DNA of 64,000 bases, taken from Candidatus Latescibacterota bacterium. GTDB taxonomy: Bacteria; Latescibacterota; UBA2968. This document shows positions 45,163-55,633 of this stretch, piece after piece. The notes under the pieces were generated by a model, which was given only the letters and a program-made list of their open reading frames with translations, did not search any database and had not been told where the DNA came from. The first letter of the stretch is position 1; each line of letters starts with the position of its first letter. The position numbers were made by a program, and so were the translations under genes. The stretch covers positions 4,416,001-4,480,000 of the forward strand of contig OZ242320.1 of NCBI GenBank assembly GCA_965208125.1, in the 5' to 3' direction.

Positions 45163-45200
45163 GTTCGGGATTCCTGTGTAAATTTGGGAGAGAAGGTCTG

Positions 45201-45401
45201 TTAATCGTCGTCACCCTCTTCCCGCCTCATTCGATAGCGACCAATTCGCCGGATTAAAATCCACACGAGCCCAATGAGTGCGATATATTGCACCATATCC
45301 CAGATCCAGCCCTGCCAGCCCAGGATGCCGGGCCAGAGTGCTCCGATGCACATGATGATAAATGCGTCTTCCAGAATTAGCCACAGCGGTCGCTCATTCA
45401 T
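45201..45401 (-). CDS. Small two-TM membrane protein
   Basis: 66 aa, two hydrophobic segments, overlaps the end of the slt-like gene. Confidence 0.65.
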   Translation of the reverse strand: MNERPLWLILEDAFIIMCIGALWPGILGWQGWIWDMVQYIALIGLVWILIRRIGRYRMRREEGDDD

Positions 45402-47580
45402 TTTTATATCCCAATGATATTTCTACCTCTGGCTGTGCATCGTTGAGGTAAGAATAAACTCGATAATTGCGGTACACGAGTTTCACATAATTGCGGGTTT
45501 CTTTGTAGGGAATGCGCTCTATAAATTCATCGACATCTTGTTTTGTGAGGCGTTTCGCCCACCGCTTTGCAGCATCCAGACCTGCATTATAAGCCGATAG
45601 TGCCAAACTGAGTTGCCTGTGCTTATCTTTTCGAAATGCCCTCATGTGGTCGGAGAGGTGTTTTGCGCCCAATAAAATCGATGTATGGGGATCGTGCAAG
45701 TCTTGTGTTGAAAAATTTTTGAGCTTGATAAGTCGGGCCATGTCCCGTCCCGTTTGTGGCATTACTTGCATCAGGCCGCGTGCGCCCGCGCGAGATACAG
45801 CAGTTGTATTAAACGCGCTTTCCTGTCGCATGATGGCAATCATGAGATTGGGGTCCAAATTCATTTTTCGCGCTATCTGGTTGATCTCGCCCCAATAATA
45901 CGTTGGATACAACCGCCGGAATGAAGCTCGTGTCATGGATATCCCGTGTGCGCGTTCCAACATTACAATCTGCGCGGAAATTTGAAGTGCCTTGTGCATG
46001 GCGCGAACGCGCTCATAGCGCGGCTTCAAATCATCCAGGGCAAATAAATTGCGCCCGAGAATTTGCCGAGCGCGGTCGTATTCTCGCTCGGCATCTCGAT
46101 ATAACCCGATAGACGCCAATATATCTCCTTTTGGGATATACGGCGAAGGCGTATAGGATTGACCAACTGACAGGTGTTCGCCCGGTTGGGGCACTTCGAT
46201 ATAGGCATTTTCTGTTTTGCCCAGGACCGCATGTGCTCGTGTTGAGTAATAAGAGGTTGGAAACCCTTCTGAGGCGCGTTCAATCCAGAATCGCGCTTCT
46301 GCTTTTTGTCCCAATTTTTGATAACTTTTGCCCGCCCAGTAATACCCTTGATCGCGCAGATGGCTCGCAGAGGTTTGGCGCGCCAGGCGCAAAAAGGCTT
46401 TGGAAGCAGCCGTGTATTGCCGCGTTTGATAAAGCGCGAATCCCGCACGCCACGCCGCCTGGTCGGCATAAGTGCTTTTGGGATAGGCTTTTGCCAGTGC
46501 TATAAATAGTTTGCGTGCATCGCTATGACGCCCCCGCCGCTCGTAAGCCATGGCGGCCTGCCAGAGTGCTTCGGGTGCGGTCTTTGCATTGGGATAGCGG
46601 CGCACAAATTCTCGAAACCGCGTTGTTCCCGTTAAATCGTGTCCGCGCTTGATGGCACATCGGCCCAGGTAAAATAGTGCTTCGGGCACATGATACACTT
46701 TGAAGGCGCGGTCAAACGCGCTTTCGGCTTTGAGATATTTTCGATTGCGATAATACACATGGCTCAGTTCATATTGCGCTTTCCCGCGCCATGTGGCATC
46801 TTGAGACTCGTCGATCACTCGGCGCAATAAATCGATAGCCTGTTGATATTTTTCGGCATGCATACAGGCGACGCCCGCGTAAAACAGTTCTTCAACATCG
46901 CGCATATCACTCGGCGCGGGGAGTATTTTGTAAGCGGATGGATGTTTGGGATAATTTTTGATCAATTGCAACCGCATCTCGCGCGCAGCAACAGAATCGC
47001 CCAGAGCAATCCAGGCCTTGAACAGTCCTGCCAGTGCATCGGCTTCGCGCGGATGCTTGCCAACAAGTGTTTGATAATATGCGATAGCACCTTCTGCATT
47101 GCCCTGTGCAAGCGCGGCCCGTGCGGCATTGAGTGTCGCCTGATTGCCAAGCAAACTCACTGGTTTCATGCGCAGAATTTTTGCATAATGATTTTCAGCG
47201 TCTTTGGCTTGTCCCAAGGCCTCGGCGCATTGTCCCATCCAAAAGGTCACATAATCGGCAATTTCTGGGCGCGTGGTGCCTGAAGACTGAAAAATTGTCA
47301 GTGCGTCTGGATATTTGCCCTGGTGCATCAGACAAATCGCGCGTTGTAACGCGGTGATGTGCGTATCCCAGGCATCGCGTTTGTCGGCGTCCAGATTGTC
47401 GAGTGCAGATAATGCTTCGGAAAAATTTTGCCGTGCAATTAGTTCTGAAACTCGAAAAATGGGATCGCGTTGTTCTCCTATTCCCAAATATCCCACTATT
47501 AAAAATATGGCGATAAAGGGAAAGGCAAATAGCGCAATACGGCTCAATAGGAGATTAAATTTATTTTTATAAAATGACAT
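45394..47580 (-). CDS. slt: Soluble lytic murein transglycosylase with TPR repeats
   Basis: N-terminal TM, TPR array, IMRQESAF, GARGLMQVMP, AYNAG, ETRNYV. Confidence 0.88.
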   Translation of the reverse strand: MSFYKNKFNLLLSRIALFAFPFIAIFLIVGYLGIGEQRDPIFRVSELIARQNFSEALSALDNLDADKRDAWDTHITALQRAICLMHQGKYPDALTIFQSSGTTRPEIADYVTFWMGQCAEALGQAKDAENHYAKILRMKPVSLLGNQATLNAARAALAQGNAEGAIAYYQTLVGKHPREADALAGLFKAWIALGDSVAAREMRLQLIKNYPKHPSAYKILPAPSDMRDVEELFYAGVACMHAEKYQQAIDLLRRVIDESQDATWRGKAQYELSHVYYRNRKYLKAESAFDRAFKVYHVPEALFYLGRCAIKRGHDLTGTTRFREFVRRYPNAKTAPEALWQAAMAYERRGRHSDARKLFIALAKAYPKSTYADQAAWRAGFALYQTRQYTAASKAFLRLARQTSASHLRDQGYYWAGKSYQKLGQKAEARFWIERASEGFPTSYYSTRAHAVLGKTENAYIEVPQPGEHLSVGQSYTPSPYIPKGDILASIGLYRDAEREYDRARQILGRNLFALDDLKPRYERVRAMHKALQISAQIVMLERAHGISMTRASFRRLYPTYYWGEINQIARKMNLDPNLMIAIMRQESAFNTTAVSRAGARGLMQVMPQTGRDMARLIKLKNFSTQDLHDPHTSILLGAKHLSDHMRAFRKDKHRQLSLALSAYNAGLDAAKRWAKRLTKQDVDEFIERIPYKETRNYVKLVYRNYRVYSYLNDAQPEVEISLGYKNE

Positions 47581-47612
47581 TGTGGAAGCCTTTGCGATGA
47601 GGTCTCAAAAAA

Positions 47613-47641
47613 ATTGTAGTCCATAATGCACGCAATGTCAA
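47613..47641 (-). promoter_or_regulatory. Sigma70-like promoter for slt
   Basis: Minus strand TTGACA-17 bp-TACAAT. Confidence 0.7.
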
Positions 47642-47689
47642 GATACAAAAGCATCCGCAGAAAAAAACGCGAGTAATGTGAGCGTTTTT

Positions 47690-47763
47690 CGCAGATGAAC
47701 GCAGATAAAAATAAAGTGACAGGCGGAGGGCTGGGGGCACTTCACACTTCATACTTCACACTT
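47690..47763. repeat. Intergenic short tandem repeats of the same families as at 24.0 kb
   Basis: CGCAGATGAA CGCAGATAAA (47690-47709); (ACTTCAC/T)x3 (47739-47763), the reverse complement of GTGAAGT. Confidence 0.75.
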
Positions 47764-47778
47764 TATCCCGGAGTTTCT

Positions 47779-49152
47779 ATGAAAGCACTGATTCTCGCGG
47801 CGGGAAAGGGCGAACGTTTTTTTCCATTTAATGTCTTTCGTCCCAAGCCGATGTTTCCAATATGCAATCGTCCGCTTTTGGAGTGGACGGTTTCGCGTCT
47901 GGTCGATGCGGGTATTACCGATATTGGCATTGTAGTGGGACATCGGGGCGGTCGGGCGCGCAATTATTTTGGCAGTGGGCAGCGATTTGGCTGTCGCATT
48001 ACTTATATCGAGCAACCGCAGCCAAAAGGCACGGCGCATGCGGTGGGGCTGGCGTCTGATTTTATTGGTACTGATGATGTTCTGGTTATTTTCGGAGATG
48101 TTTTCTTTGGTGCGGATGCAGTCCCACGCCTGTTAGATGTGTTTGGAGATAGAAACTGTTCTGGTGTCGCTGGTATTGTACAGGTTGATGATCTCACATC
48201 CCATATACGCGCACACATGGAAAAGGACCAGAGCTTGTCTTCTTACACCTATAAACCCCGAGGCGGATCGGGCCATGCCCTGTCAGGTCTCTATGTTTTT
48301 AAAAATGAAATTTTGTCCGATCTGGATAATACTTCCGATTTTGTGCCGAGGACCCAATACGGTATTTTTCCGCCTGAGGGGCAGGAAATTTGTGATGTTA
48401 TTCCACTGCTCTACGGCGAAGGCCGCGCGCTTATTGCGGTCGATTTGCCCGGTCCGTGGTTCGATATGGACATGCCCTGGCACCCGAAAAATGTTGCGTT
48501 TATGGCACTTGCCGAAATGGCTGATGGACTTACAGAAGCGGTTGTTGCGCCAACAGCTACGGTCGATCCCGACGCCCGCATTCGCGGTCCCATTTTTGTC
48601 GATGAAAATACCACGATTGCCCGAGATGCTTATATTGAGGGGCCGGTCTGGATTGGGAAAGATACGCAGATATTAGAAGGCTCTCACATCGCATCTCGCA
48701 CTGTGATCGGCGATCGCTGCAAAATTGGTCCTTTTGCCAAGGTATCGGGTACGGTAGATACCAACTGCCACATTACCTATTTGGGCGAGTTTAGCGGTAT
48801 TATGCTCGAAGAAGGTCGTGTGACTCATCAGATTCAGCTTTCGGGTATTTTTGGCGAGCGTGCAGAAATAGGCGCGGGTACACAGGTGGGCACGCTGCGC
48901 TTTGACGATGCGGAGATTGAGGTCGAAGTTCAGGGTATTCGTCGAAAAGCGCCCGGTTTTACCGGCGTGTTGTTTGGAGATTATTCGCGTACGGGTATCG
49001 GTGCTATGATTATGCCCGGTCGCATTGTGGGGCCATGTGCAATGGTGGGCGCGGGCGTGGTGCTGATGAAAAATGCGCCGCCGTATAAGGCCGTGCTCGT
49101 CAAACAGGAACTCGATGTCGTTGACTGGTCTCCTGATATTTATAACAAATAA
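47779..49152 (+). CDS. Bifunctional sugar-1-phosphate nucleotidyltransferase/acetyltransferase (GlmU-like)
   Basis: ILAAGKGER..RPKPM, EQPQPKGTAHA, C-terminal hexapeptide left-handed beta-helix. Confidence 0.85.
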   Translation: MKALILAAGKGERFFPFNVFRPKPMFPICNRPLLEWTVSRLVDAGITDIGIVVGHRGGRARNYFGSGQRFGCRITYIEQPQPKGTAHAVGLASDFIGTDDVLVIFGDVFFGADAVPRLLDVFGDRNCSGVAGIVQVDDLTSHIRAHMEKDQSLSSYTYKPRGGSGHALSGLYVFKNEILSDLDNTSDFVPRTQYGIFPPEGQEICDVIPLLYGEGRALIAVDLPGPWFDMDMPWHPKNVAFMALAEMADGLTEAVVAPTATVDPDARIRGPIFVDENTTIARDAYIEGPVWIGKDTQILEGSHIASRTVIGDRCKIGPFAKVSGTVDTNCHITYLGEFSGIMLEEGRVTHQIQLSGIFGERAEIGAGTQVGTLRFDDAEIEVEVQGIRRKAPGFTGVLFGDYSRTGIGAMIMPGRIVGPCAMVGAGVVLMKNAPPYKAVLVKQELDVVDWSPDIYNK

Positions 49153-49163
49153 GAATTTTGTCT

Positions 49164-52160
49164 ATGCCAGAACTCGATCCCATCACATTAAACGCACGCC
49201 AGCGCGAAGCCGTCACTGCGCCGATAGGTCCCGTTCTCGTGCTGGCGGGGCCAGGCACGGGGAAGACACGGGTACTGACCGAACGCATTGCGTATCTGGT
49301 CTCGCGTCGCGGCGTCCATCCGGAAAATATCCTAGCGCTTACATTTACAAATAAGGCCGCGGCAGAACTGCAAATCCGCTTATCGCGCACGTTGAGCAAA
49401 GAAACTGCGGAGGTTATTACCGCAGGTACATTTCACAGGTTTTGTATCTCAATTCTGCGTGAGCATCGAGAAAAGGTTGGGTTGCCGCCGCATTTTGGCA
49501 TTGCCGATGAAGACCTTCAGCGCACGCTGATCTATCGCGCATTTCCACGCTTGAATCCCAATGAAAGCAATTTGAATAATGTGATGCAAAATGTGAATCG
49601 CCTGAAGTGGCAGCGGCGATACAAGTCGCATGTTCCGATGAAAAAAGGGGATGCGGCATTGCTCGATCAGTACGAAGCTGAGCTTAAAAAAAACCGATTG
49701 ATCGATTTTGATGATCTCATCTTTCTCGCGCATGATTTGCTGCATTCGCATCGCCAGATTCTGTCGGATTACCGCGCGCAGTTTCAACACATCCTCGTCG
49801 ATGAGTTTCAAGATACCGATCCGGTTCAATACGCTCTCGTTTGTTTATTGGGCGCGGCTCATCGCAGTGTGTTTGTGGTTGCAGATGACGAGCAATCCAT
49901 TTATGGGTGGCGCTATGCCAGGCCAGAACATATCGAACAATTTCGGGATGACTTTCTCAAAGGTCGTTCACCCATTTTTCTGGAGGAAAATTATCGGTCA
50001 TCCGCAGAAATTTTGCGGTTGGCGCGCGTGTTTATCGCCAATAACGACGTGTTGTTTGAACGCAGCATCCATACCCAGAGATCGGGACACCGCGTGCGGG
50101 GACTGGCTTTTGACACATTTGAGGAAGAGGGACAGTTTATTGCGGGCGATATCTGGGATCGCATCCGGGAAACACCCGATCTGATCCACCGGGATATTGC
50201 GGTGCTTTATCCCCAACATGCAATAGGCAGCGAACTCGAGCGCATTTTTATGCGCGCCAATGTACCTTGTCTGATGGCTCATCGCAGGGGCTTGTTTGAC
50301 CAGCCCGTGATCCGCCGCGCTCTGTCTGTGTTGCGCTATGCTCTCGATGGCGCAAATGACGCGAGCCTGGAGTTGTTTTTGCGACGCGAACTCGAAGCGG
50401 TAGATCCCAAATTATACCCGGCGGTGCGGGGATTTCAGAAACAAAAAAATATTGGGAGTTTCAAACAGGCTGCTTTTCTGTATCCGCGAACGGTTTCGGA
50501 AGAAGAGGGCGTGGAGGTGGAACGCGCCCTGGGGCTGGCAGGTGTGGTACACAATGCCGTGCAAAGAGGCGCGGTCGCATCTTTGCCCCATCTGGTGGAT
50601 GATATTCTGGATCAATTGAATACATCGGAGTTGCCATCCCTGAAAAATCATCTTGATGATATTGTAGATCCGCTCGAACTTTCGGGACTCGATACTGTGC
50701 TGAATCGCGTGTTGCCGCTCTGGCGCAGGGGCGGTACCTTATATGTAGCGTGTCGAGATGAGGTGCTGCGACATATGCTCACAACTCTGATCCGGGATGC
50801 ACTGGCGCGGCCGGGTCTTATTATACGAGAGGCTGTGTCTGGCAGTCGATTGGATGTTTTATCCGATACTCTGGTTTTGTCATTTGACGAAGATCCACCT
50901 AAGACCCCCGAACACTTTTTACATTTGGGAGGCATGGCGTGTGGTGCGATGCTCGCTGCTCTCAAATTGTGTCAGGCGATCCGTTGCGCAGATTTGCCAG
51001 CGTATATGCCGGAATACACTACATTTGCGCTGGAAACCGAGAGTGATGATCCCGAGCATGCACAAATTACGGGTCTGGGGGCTGTGCGCGTGCGAGATGG
51101 GCGCGTTGTCGATACATTTTATTCGCCCGTGCGCCTGCGAGAAGACAAAGGCACGGTTCCTACATTTCAGGAAATTTATCTCGCGTTTCAGGCGTTTGTC
51201 GGTATTGATATTCTGGTCGCACACAATGGCTATGCGTTCGATTTTCAGGTTTTGCACCGCGAAGCCCGTCGCAATGGCAGGTCTCGCATGCCCAATCCGA
51301 CGGTTGATATATTGCCTATGGCGCGAAGCTATGGCGCGACCACTGTACGCGATCTGCGTCCTCTTTGCGAGCGATATGATATTGCGTCAGATTCAAGTGA
51401 TCCGCCAGCACTCGCACGGGCATTAGCCTTGTATCGCGTGTTTGAATCTATGAAAAAAGAACGCGCCTCTCGCTACCGGTGCATGACGCATGAACGCCTT
51501 TTGGATCACGTTGCTCTGGGCTTGCTTTTTCGCACGCGCGATGGGGTAAGGAATTCGGAATTTTCCCGCGAAGAACACGTGCATTTCAATCTGGGGGCGC
51601 AGCGTCTTTTGGGGCCGGCCAATTTGTGTATTCGCAATCTCGTGCAGCACTACCCTCGATTGGATGCCGACCGGCTGCGGGGACAGACGCGGATGTTGCT
51701 CGGCGAAGATCCTCGTCCCGATGTGCTCGCATTGCACGCTCCCGATCAGATTCAGCGCTTTCGCGATCTGTGCGAACGCCACGGTGCCGCCGCGCCATCT
51801 CTTCAGGAGGGCATTCGCAATTTGCTCGATTTTGCCGATCTCTACAAAGTGGAATTGGATACCCCAGACCGCGATGCCGTGCATTTGCTGACGTTGCATG
51901 CGGCAAAGGGGCTTGAGTTTCGAGAGGTCTATATTTGCGGCCTCGAAGATCGCATTTTGCCCAATGCACGCGCCCTGAACAGTGCAGATTTAGCCGAACA
52001 GCGTCGGTTGTTGTACGTGGGGATCACCCGCGCGATGGATCGCCTCACGCTTTCCTGCGTGCGTCATCGTCCAGGTAGAAATATGGCGCCTTCTCGATTT
52101 TGGGATGAACTCGGTTTAGAACGCGATGATCGCGGGGTGGATGCCGCTCCAACGGCGTGA
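49164..52160 (+). CDS. UvrD/PcrA-type SF1 helicase with an inserted, degenerate DEDDh (DnaQ-like) exonuclease domain
   Basis: AGPGTGKT, TFTNKAA, DEFQD, DEQSIYGWR, LEENYRS, LTLHAAKGLEF, RRLLYVGITRA; insert FALETE..VAHNGYAFD. Confidence 0.88.
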   Translation: MPELDPITLNARQREAVTAPIGPVLVLAGPGTGKTRVLTERIAYLVSRRGVHPENILALTFTNKAAAELQIRLSRTLSKETAEVITAGTFHRFCISILREHREKVGLPPHFGIADEDLQRTLIYRAFPRLNPNESNLNNVMQNVNRLKWQRRYKSHVPMKKGDAALLDQYEAELKKNRLIDFDDLIFLAHDLLHSHRQILSDYRAQFQHILVDEFQDTDPVQYALVCLLGAAHRSVFVVADDEQSIYGWRYARPEHIEQFRDDFLKGRSPIFLEENYRSSAEILRLARVFIANNDVLFERSIHTQRSGHRVRGLAFDTFEEEGQFIAGDIWDRIRETPDLIHRDIAVLYPQHAIGSELERIFMRANVPCLMAHRRGLFDQPVIRRALSVLRYALDGANDASLELFLRRELEAVDPKLYPAVRGFQKQKNIGSFKQAAFLYPRTVSEEEGVEVERALGLAGVVHNAVQRGAVASLPHLVDDILDQLNTSELPSLKNHLDDIVDPLELSGLDTVLNRVLPLWRRGGTLYVACRDEVLRHMLTTLIRDALARPGLIIREAVSGSRLDVLSDTLVLSFDEDPPKTPEHFLHLGGMACGAMLAALKLCQAIRCADLPAYMPEYTTFALETESDDPEHAQITGLGAVRVRDGRVVDTFYSPVRLREDKGTVPTFQEIYLAFQAFVGIDILVAHNGYAFDFQVLHREARRNGRSRMPNPTVDILPMARSYGATTVRDLRPLCERYDIASDSSDPPALARALALYRVFESMKKERASRYRCMTHERLLDHVALGLLFRTRDGVRNSEFSREEHVHFNLGAQRLLGPANLCIRNLVQHYPRLDADRLRGQTRMLLGEDPRPDVLALHAPDQIQRFRDLCERHGAAAPSLQEGIRNLLDFADLYKVELDTPDRDAVHLLTLHAAKGLEFREVYICGLEDRILPNARALNSADLAEQRRLLYVGITRAMDRLTLSCVRHRPGRNMAPSRFWDELGLERDDRGVDAAPTA

Positions 52161-52182
52161 AATTTCTTTTTTTATTTTGCCA

Positions 52183-52974
52183 ATGAGAAAAAACAAAGTT
52201 TATTTTATTTCTGACGCGCATATAGGTGGGGGCAGATATATCCGTCCACCGCGCGTTCGGGAAGACGCGCTGATCGATTTTCTACGCGCTATTCGCAAAG
52301 ATGCCGAATGTCTGTATATTGTGGGGGATTTGTTCGATTTTTGGTTTGAATATCGGTCTGTTATTCCCGCACATGGCGCGCGTGTGATCTTTGAGCTCTA
52401 TTATCTCGTTCAAAGTGGAACGCGCGTCATTTATCTGCCGGGCAATCACGATAGCTGGCTGGGAGACTATTTATCAGAGCAGGTGGGGGCGGAGCTTCCC
52501 GGGCCTTTTTGCGACGTCGTACACCAGAATCGCCGTTTGTATGTGACACACGGCGATGTTTTTCAGCAAAATTGGAAATTTGAGTTGCGACGGCGCATTT
52601 TGAAGCATCCACTTTGCATCGCCCTGTTTCGGTGGTTACATCCAGATATCGGCGCTTATCTGGCGCGTATTGTGTCGCGGTCTTCAGACGTTGGTATGAA
52701 GAAAGGGACTCGAAAGACCAAGAAAACATATCTGCCTTTATATTTTATTAAAAGCGCGACAGAGAAATTTGCTGAGGGATTTGATTTTGTGATTTGTGGA
52801 CACTATCACGCGCTGCGTGTTGAGCCGATGGACGGCGGGACACTTGTTGTGTTGGGCGATTGGCTGAGATACGACGCTTATGCTGTGCTCGAAAATGGCG
52901 AGATTGTATTAAAACACTGGCATACAGCACCAGAAAAGCCGCTGTTGACTGCTGATACAGGAGAGCGCAAATGA
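52183..52974 (+). CDS. lpxH: UDP-2,3-diacylglucosamine diphosphatase
   Basis: FISDAHIG, GDLFDFWFEY, GNHD, HGD, GHYH, LGDW. Confidence 0.85.
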   Translation: MRKNKVYFISDAHIGGGRYIRPPRVREDALIDFLRAIRKDAECLYIVGDLFDFWFEYRSVIPAHGARVIFELYYLVQSGTRVIYLPGNHDSWLGDYLSEQVGAELPGPFCDVVHQNRRLYVTHGDVFQQNWKFELRRRILKHPLCIALFRWLHPDIGAYLARIVSRSSDVGMKKGTRKTKKTYLPLYFIKSATEKFAEGFDFVICGHYHALRVEPMDGGTLVVLGDWLRYDAYAVLENGEIVLKHWHTAPEKPLLTADTGERK

Positions 52975-54449
52975 TTTTGAGTATTGATCAGGGCACTACG
53001 GGAACAACTGCGTTGGTGTTGGATTCCCAGGGAGAAATTTTGGGACGGGGATATTCGGAATTTCGACAAATTTTTCCGCGTCCCGGGTGGGTATCGCACG
53101 ACGCAACGGAGATATGGGATACGACACTGAAAGTTATTGGCATTGCGGTAACAGAGGCAGGGATAGATGCCTCGGATATAAAGGGTATTGGTATTGCCAA
53201 TCAGCGCGAGACAACTGTCTTGTGGGACCGGAGAACGGGTGAACCTGTTCACGATGCGATTGTCTGGCAGTGCCGACGCACAGCGGATTTGTGTGCCCAA
53301 TACCGCGCAGATGGTCTGGAAGATCTGGTGCGCGAAAAGACGGGGTTGGTGATTGACGCTTATTTTTCGGCGAGTAAGATTGCGTGGTTACTCGATCGCA
53401 TCTATGGCCTGCGCGAGGGGGCAGAGCAGGGTGAGGTGTGTTTTGGCACTGTGGATAGTTTTTTGTTGTACAAACTCACGGGGGGGGCTGTTCACGCGAC
53501 CGATTATACCAATGCATCTCGCACGATGATTTACAATATTCACAAGAGGAAGTGGGATGGCGAGTTGTTGGAGATTTTTGATATTCCCGAAGGCATACTC
53601 CCCGAAGTGCGATCATCGGCAGGTGACTTTGGGACGACTGTGGATTTGGACATCTTGCCTGCGGGGATTCCCATTGGGGGAATTGCGGGCGATCAGCAAG
53701 CCGCGCTTTTTGGGCAACGGGGCGTTTTCAAAGGTGATATTAAAAATACGTATGGCACAGGGTGTTTTACACTTTTTCAAACGGGTAATCGGGCTGTACA
53801 ATCCGCGCATGGTCTGTTGACGACGCTTGCATGTGGACCTTCTGGGCGCGTATCTCACGCGCTTGAGGGCGCGGTGTTCAGCGCTGGTGCGACGGTTCAA
53901 TGGTTGCGCGATGGTCTGGGGATTGTTGATACAGCCGCTGAGACCGAGGCCTGGTCCCAGGCGATAGACGATACGGGTGGCGTGTATTTCGTTCCAGCAT
54001 TTACTGGCCTGGGCGCGCCGCACTGGGATGCGGATGCGCGGGGGACGATTGTGGGGCTTACGCGCGGCACCGGATGCGCACATCTCATCCGTGCGGCACT
54101 GGAGTCCATTGCCTATCAGTCCGCCGATCTCGTCCATGCGATGGCCGCCGATGCAGGGCAGTCTGTGACGAGTTTGCGCGTGGATGGGGGGGCTGTGGTG
54201 AATGATTTTTTGATGCAGTTTCAAGCGGATATTCTGGATGTGCCGGTGATTCGTCCAAAGTACGTGGAGACGACTGCATTGGGGGCAGGGATGCTGGCGG
54301 GATTGGCAACGGGCGTGTGGGATGATGCTGGCGCGCTTGCAGATATTAACCCACCGCAACGCACCTTTGAGCCTGCGATGTCGCAAGACCGCCGGAAAGC
54401 ATTGCTGGCGGGCTGGCACAAAGCAGTGGAGCGAACCCTGTTGGCATAA
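52971..54449 (+). CDS. glpK: Glycerol kinase
   Basis: IDQGTTG, NQRET, VWQCRRT, DAYFSASK, DYTNASRT, GDQQAALFG, KNTYGTG. Confidence 0.96.
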   Translation: MILSIDQGTTGTTALVLDSQGEILGRGYSEFRQIFPRPGWVSHDATEIWDTTLKVIGIAVTEAGIDASDIKGIGIANQRETTVLWDRRTGEPVHDAIVWQCRRTADLCAQYRADGLEDLVREKTGLVIDAYFSASKIAWLLDRIYGLREGAEQGEVCFGTVDSFLLYKLTGGAVHATDYTNASRTMIYNIHKRKWDGELLEIFDIPEGILPEVRSSAGDFGTTVDLDILPAGIPIGGIAGDQQAALFGQRGVFKGDIKNTYGTGCFTLFQTGNRAVQSAHGLLTTLACGPSGRVSHALEGAVFSAGATVQWLRDGLGIVDTAAETEAWSQAIDDTGGVYFVPAFTGLGAPHWDADARGTIVGLTRGTGCAHLIRAALESIAYQSADLVHAMAADAGQSVTSLRVDGGAVVNDFLMQFQADILDVPVIRPKYVETTALGAGMLAGLATGVWDDAGALADINPPQRTFEPAMSQDRRKALLAGWHKAVERTLLA

Positions 54450-54462
54450 CCTGTAGGCATTC

Positions 54463-55629
54463 TTATCGTATTTGTTTCAAATAGGCAAGATGGGTTTGGG
54501 CGGCTTTGTTTTCAGGATCAATGGCGAGTATATCGCGGTAGTGCTGACAGGCTACCGCGATATCGTTTTTTTGTTCAGCAATGATGGCCAATCCGTGTAG
54601 AATGCGGGTATTTTTCGGGCGCTGTTCTCGAATGTGCTGCAGCAGTATTTCAATATCATCAATATAGTCGGGATAATGCAGTGGATCATTATTTTTTTGG
54701 GACAATACCAGGAGATTTAACAACGGATTCACACTGCCTGCAGCGCCACTGCCTCGACGCGGTTTGAGATCAATTTTATCCCCAATTTCGGGAAGGCTGA
54801 GAACAACGGCTTCAATCAAGGATTCTGCCGCTTCATCTAACCGATCCAGTTCGATTAAAACATTACCTCGGTTATAATGCACAGCGAGGTTATCGGGCAC
54901 CAGTTCGGATAAGATATCGTAAATCCTCAGTTCCTGTTCAGAATTTTCTGTCTCGGCCAAATGTTCAGCCCGATCGTAGAGTTGCTCAATTTTAGTATGA
55001 TTTCTATCCACGATCTCTTGTGCTTGCTTCTCACATTCTGGATGTACCAGCAAGACGAGTTGTCCCTTTTGATCTTGTGAAAACAGGGGCGTTTTGACAG
55101 TGTGCAAAATGTCGCTCAATTCCGAAATAATTTTGTTCAAAAACGCAGGGGATCGCGATTGAAAAATGGGTTTCCAGGTATTGAGATCATGCGATACATC
55201 AACCGTCCACGATTCGAGAGATAAAAAACGTCTGAGTGTTGACTTCAACTGTTCTGTGGTTTGAAAAAAAAACGACGTTAAGTAACCATCTTCTACATAG
55301 TGGTGAACGAGCCATTGACGGTATTCGCGCTGAATAACCCAGGCGTTCTCCATGCAATTGGTGAGCGTGAGAATCGACCAGAGCGGAATATCCGAATGTA
55401 CTTTTGCCAGTGCCTGATCAATGGTACACGGCTCACCTTCCTCATCATCTTGAGCCAGGTAGATATCATCGATAAAGTTTTCAATGGACAATGCGCGTTT
55501 TTCTCGTTCACTTTCTGCAATAACGAGAAAAGTCTCCTGGAAATTTTTTCGGTCAGTCGTCAGTGTGCGCACAAGTTCCCGATCGCTCATCACAGCACAC
55601 TGCTGTATAACCCGATCACTCATGTTCAT
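54463..55629 (-). CDS. TPR-repeat hypothetical protein
   Basis: AVHYNRGNVLIELDRLDEA and C-terminal IDPENKAAQ TPR motifs; start uncertain (55623/55629). Confidence 0.7.
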   Translation of the reverse strand: MNMSDRVIQQCAVMSDRELVRTLTTDRKNFQETFLVIAESEREKRALSIENFIDDIYLAQDDEEGEPCTIDQALAKVHSDIPLWSILTLTNCMENAWVIQREYRQWLVHHYVEDGYLTSFFFQTTEQLKSTLRRFLSLESWTVDVSHDLNTWKPIFQSRSPAFLNKIISELSDILHTVKTPLFSQDQKGQLVLLVHPECEKQAQEIVDRNHTKIEQLYDRAEHLAETENSEQELRIYDILSELVPDNLAVHYNRGNVLIELDRLDEAAESLIEAVVLSLPEIGDKIDLKPRRGSGAAGSVNPLLNLLVLSQKNNDPLHYPDYIDDIEILLQHIREQRPKNTRILHGLAIIAEQKNDIAVACQHYRDILAIDPENKAAQTHLAYLKQIR

Positions 55630-55633
55630 AAAC

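Noticed and set aside
49164-52160. Gabija-like or other defence helicase
   Set aside because: Sits in a housekeeping operon (GlmU-like, lpxH, glpK) with no partner nuclease gene
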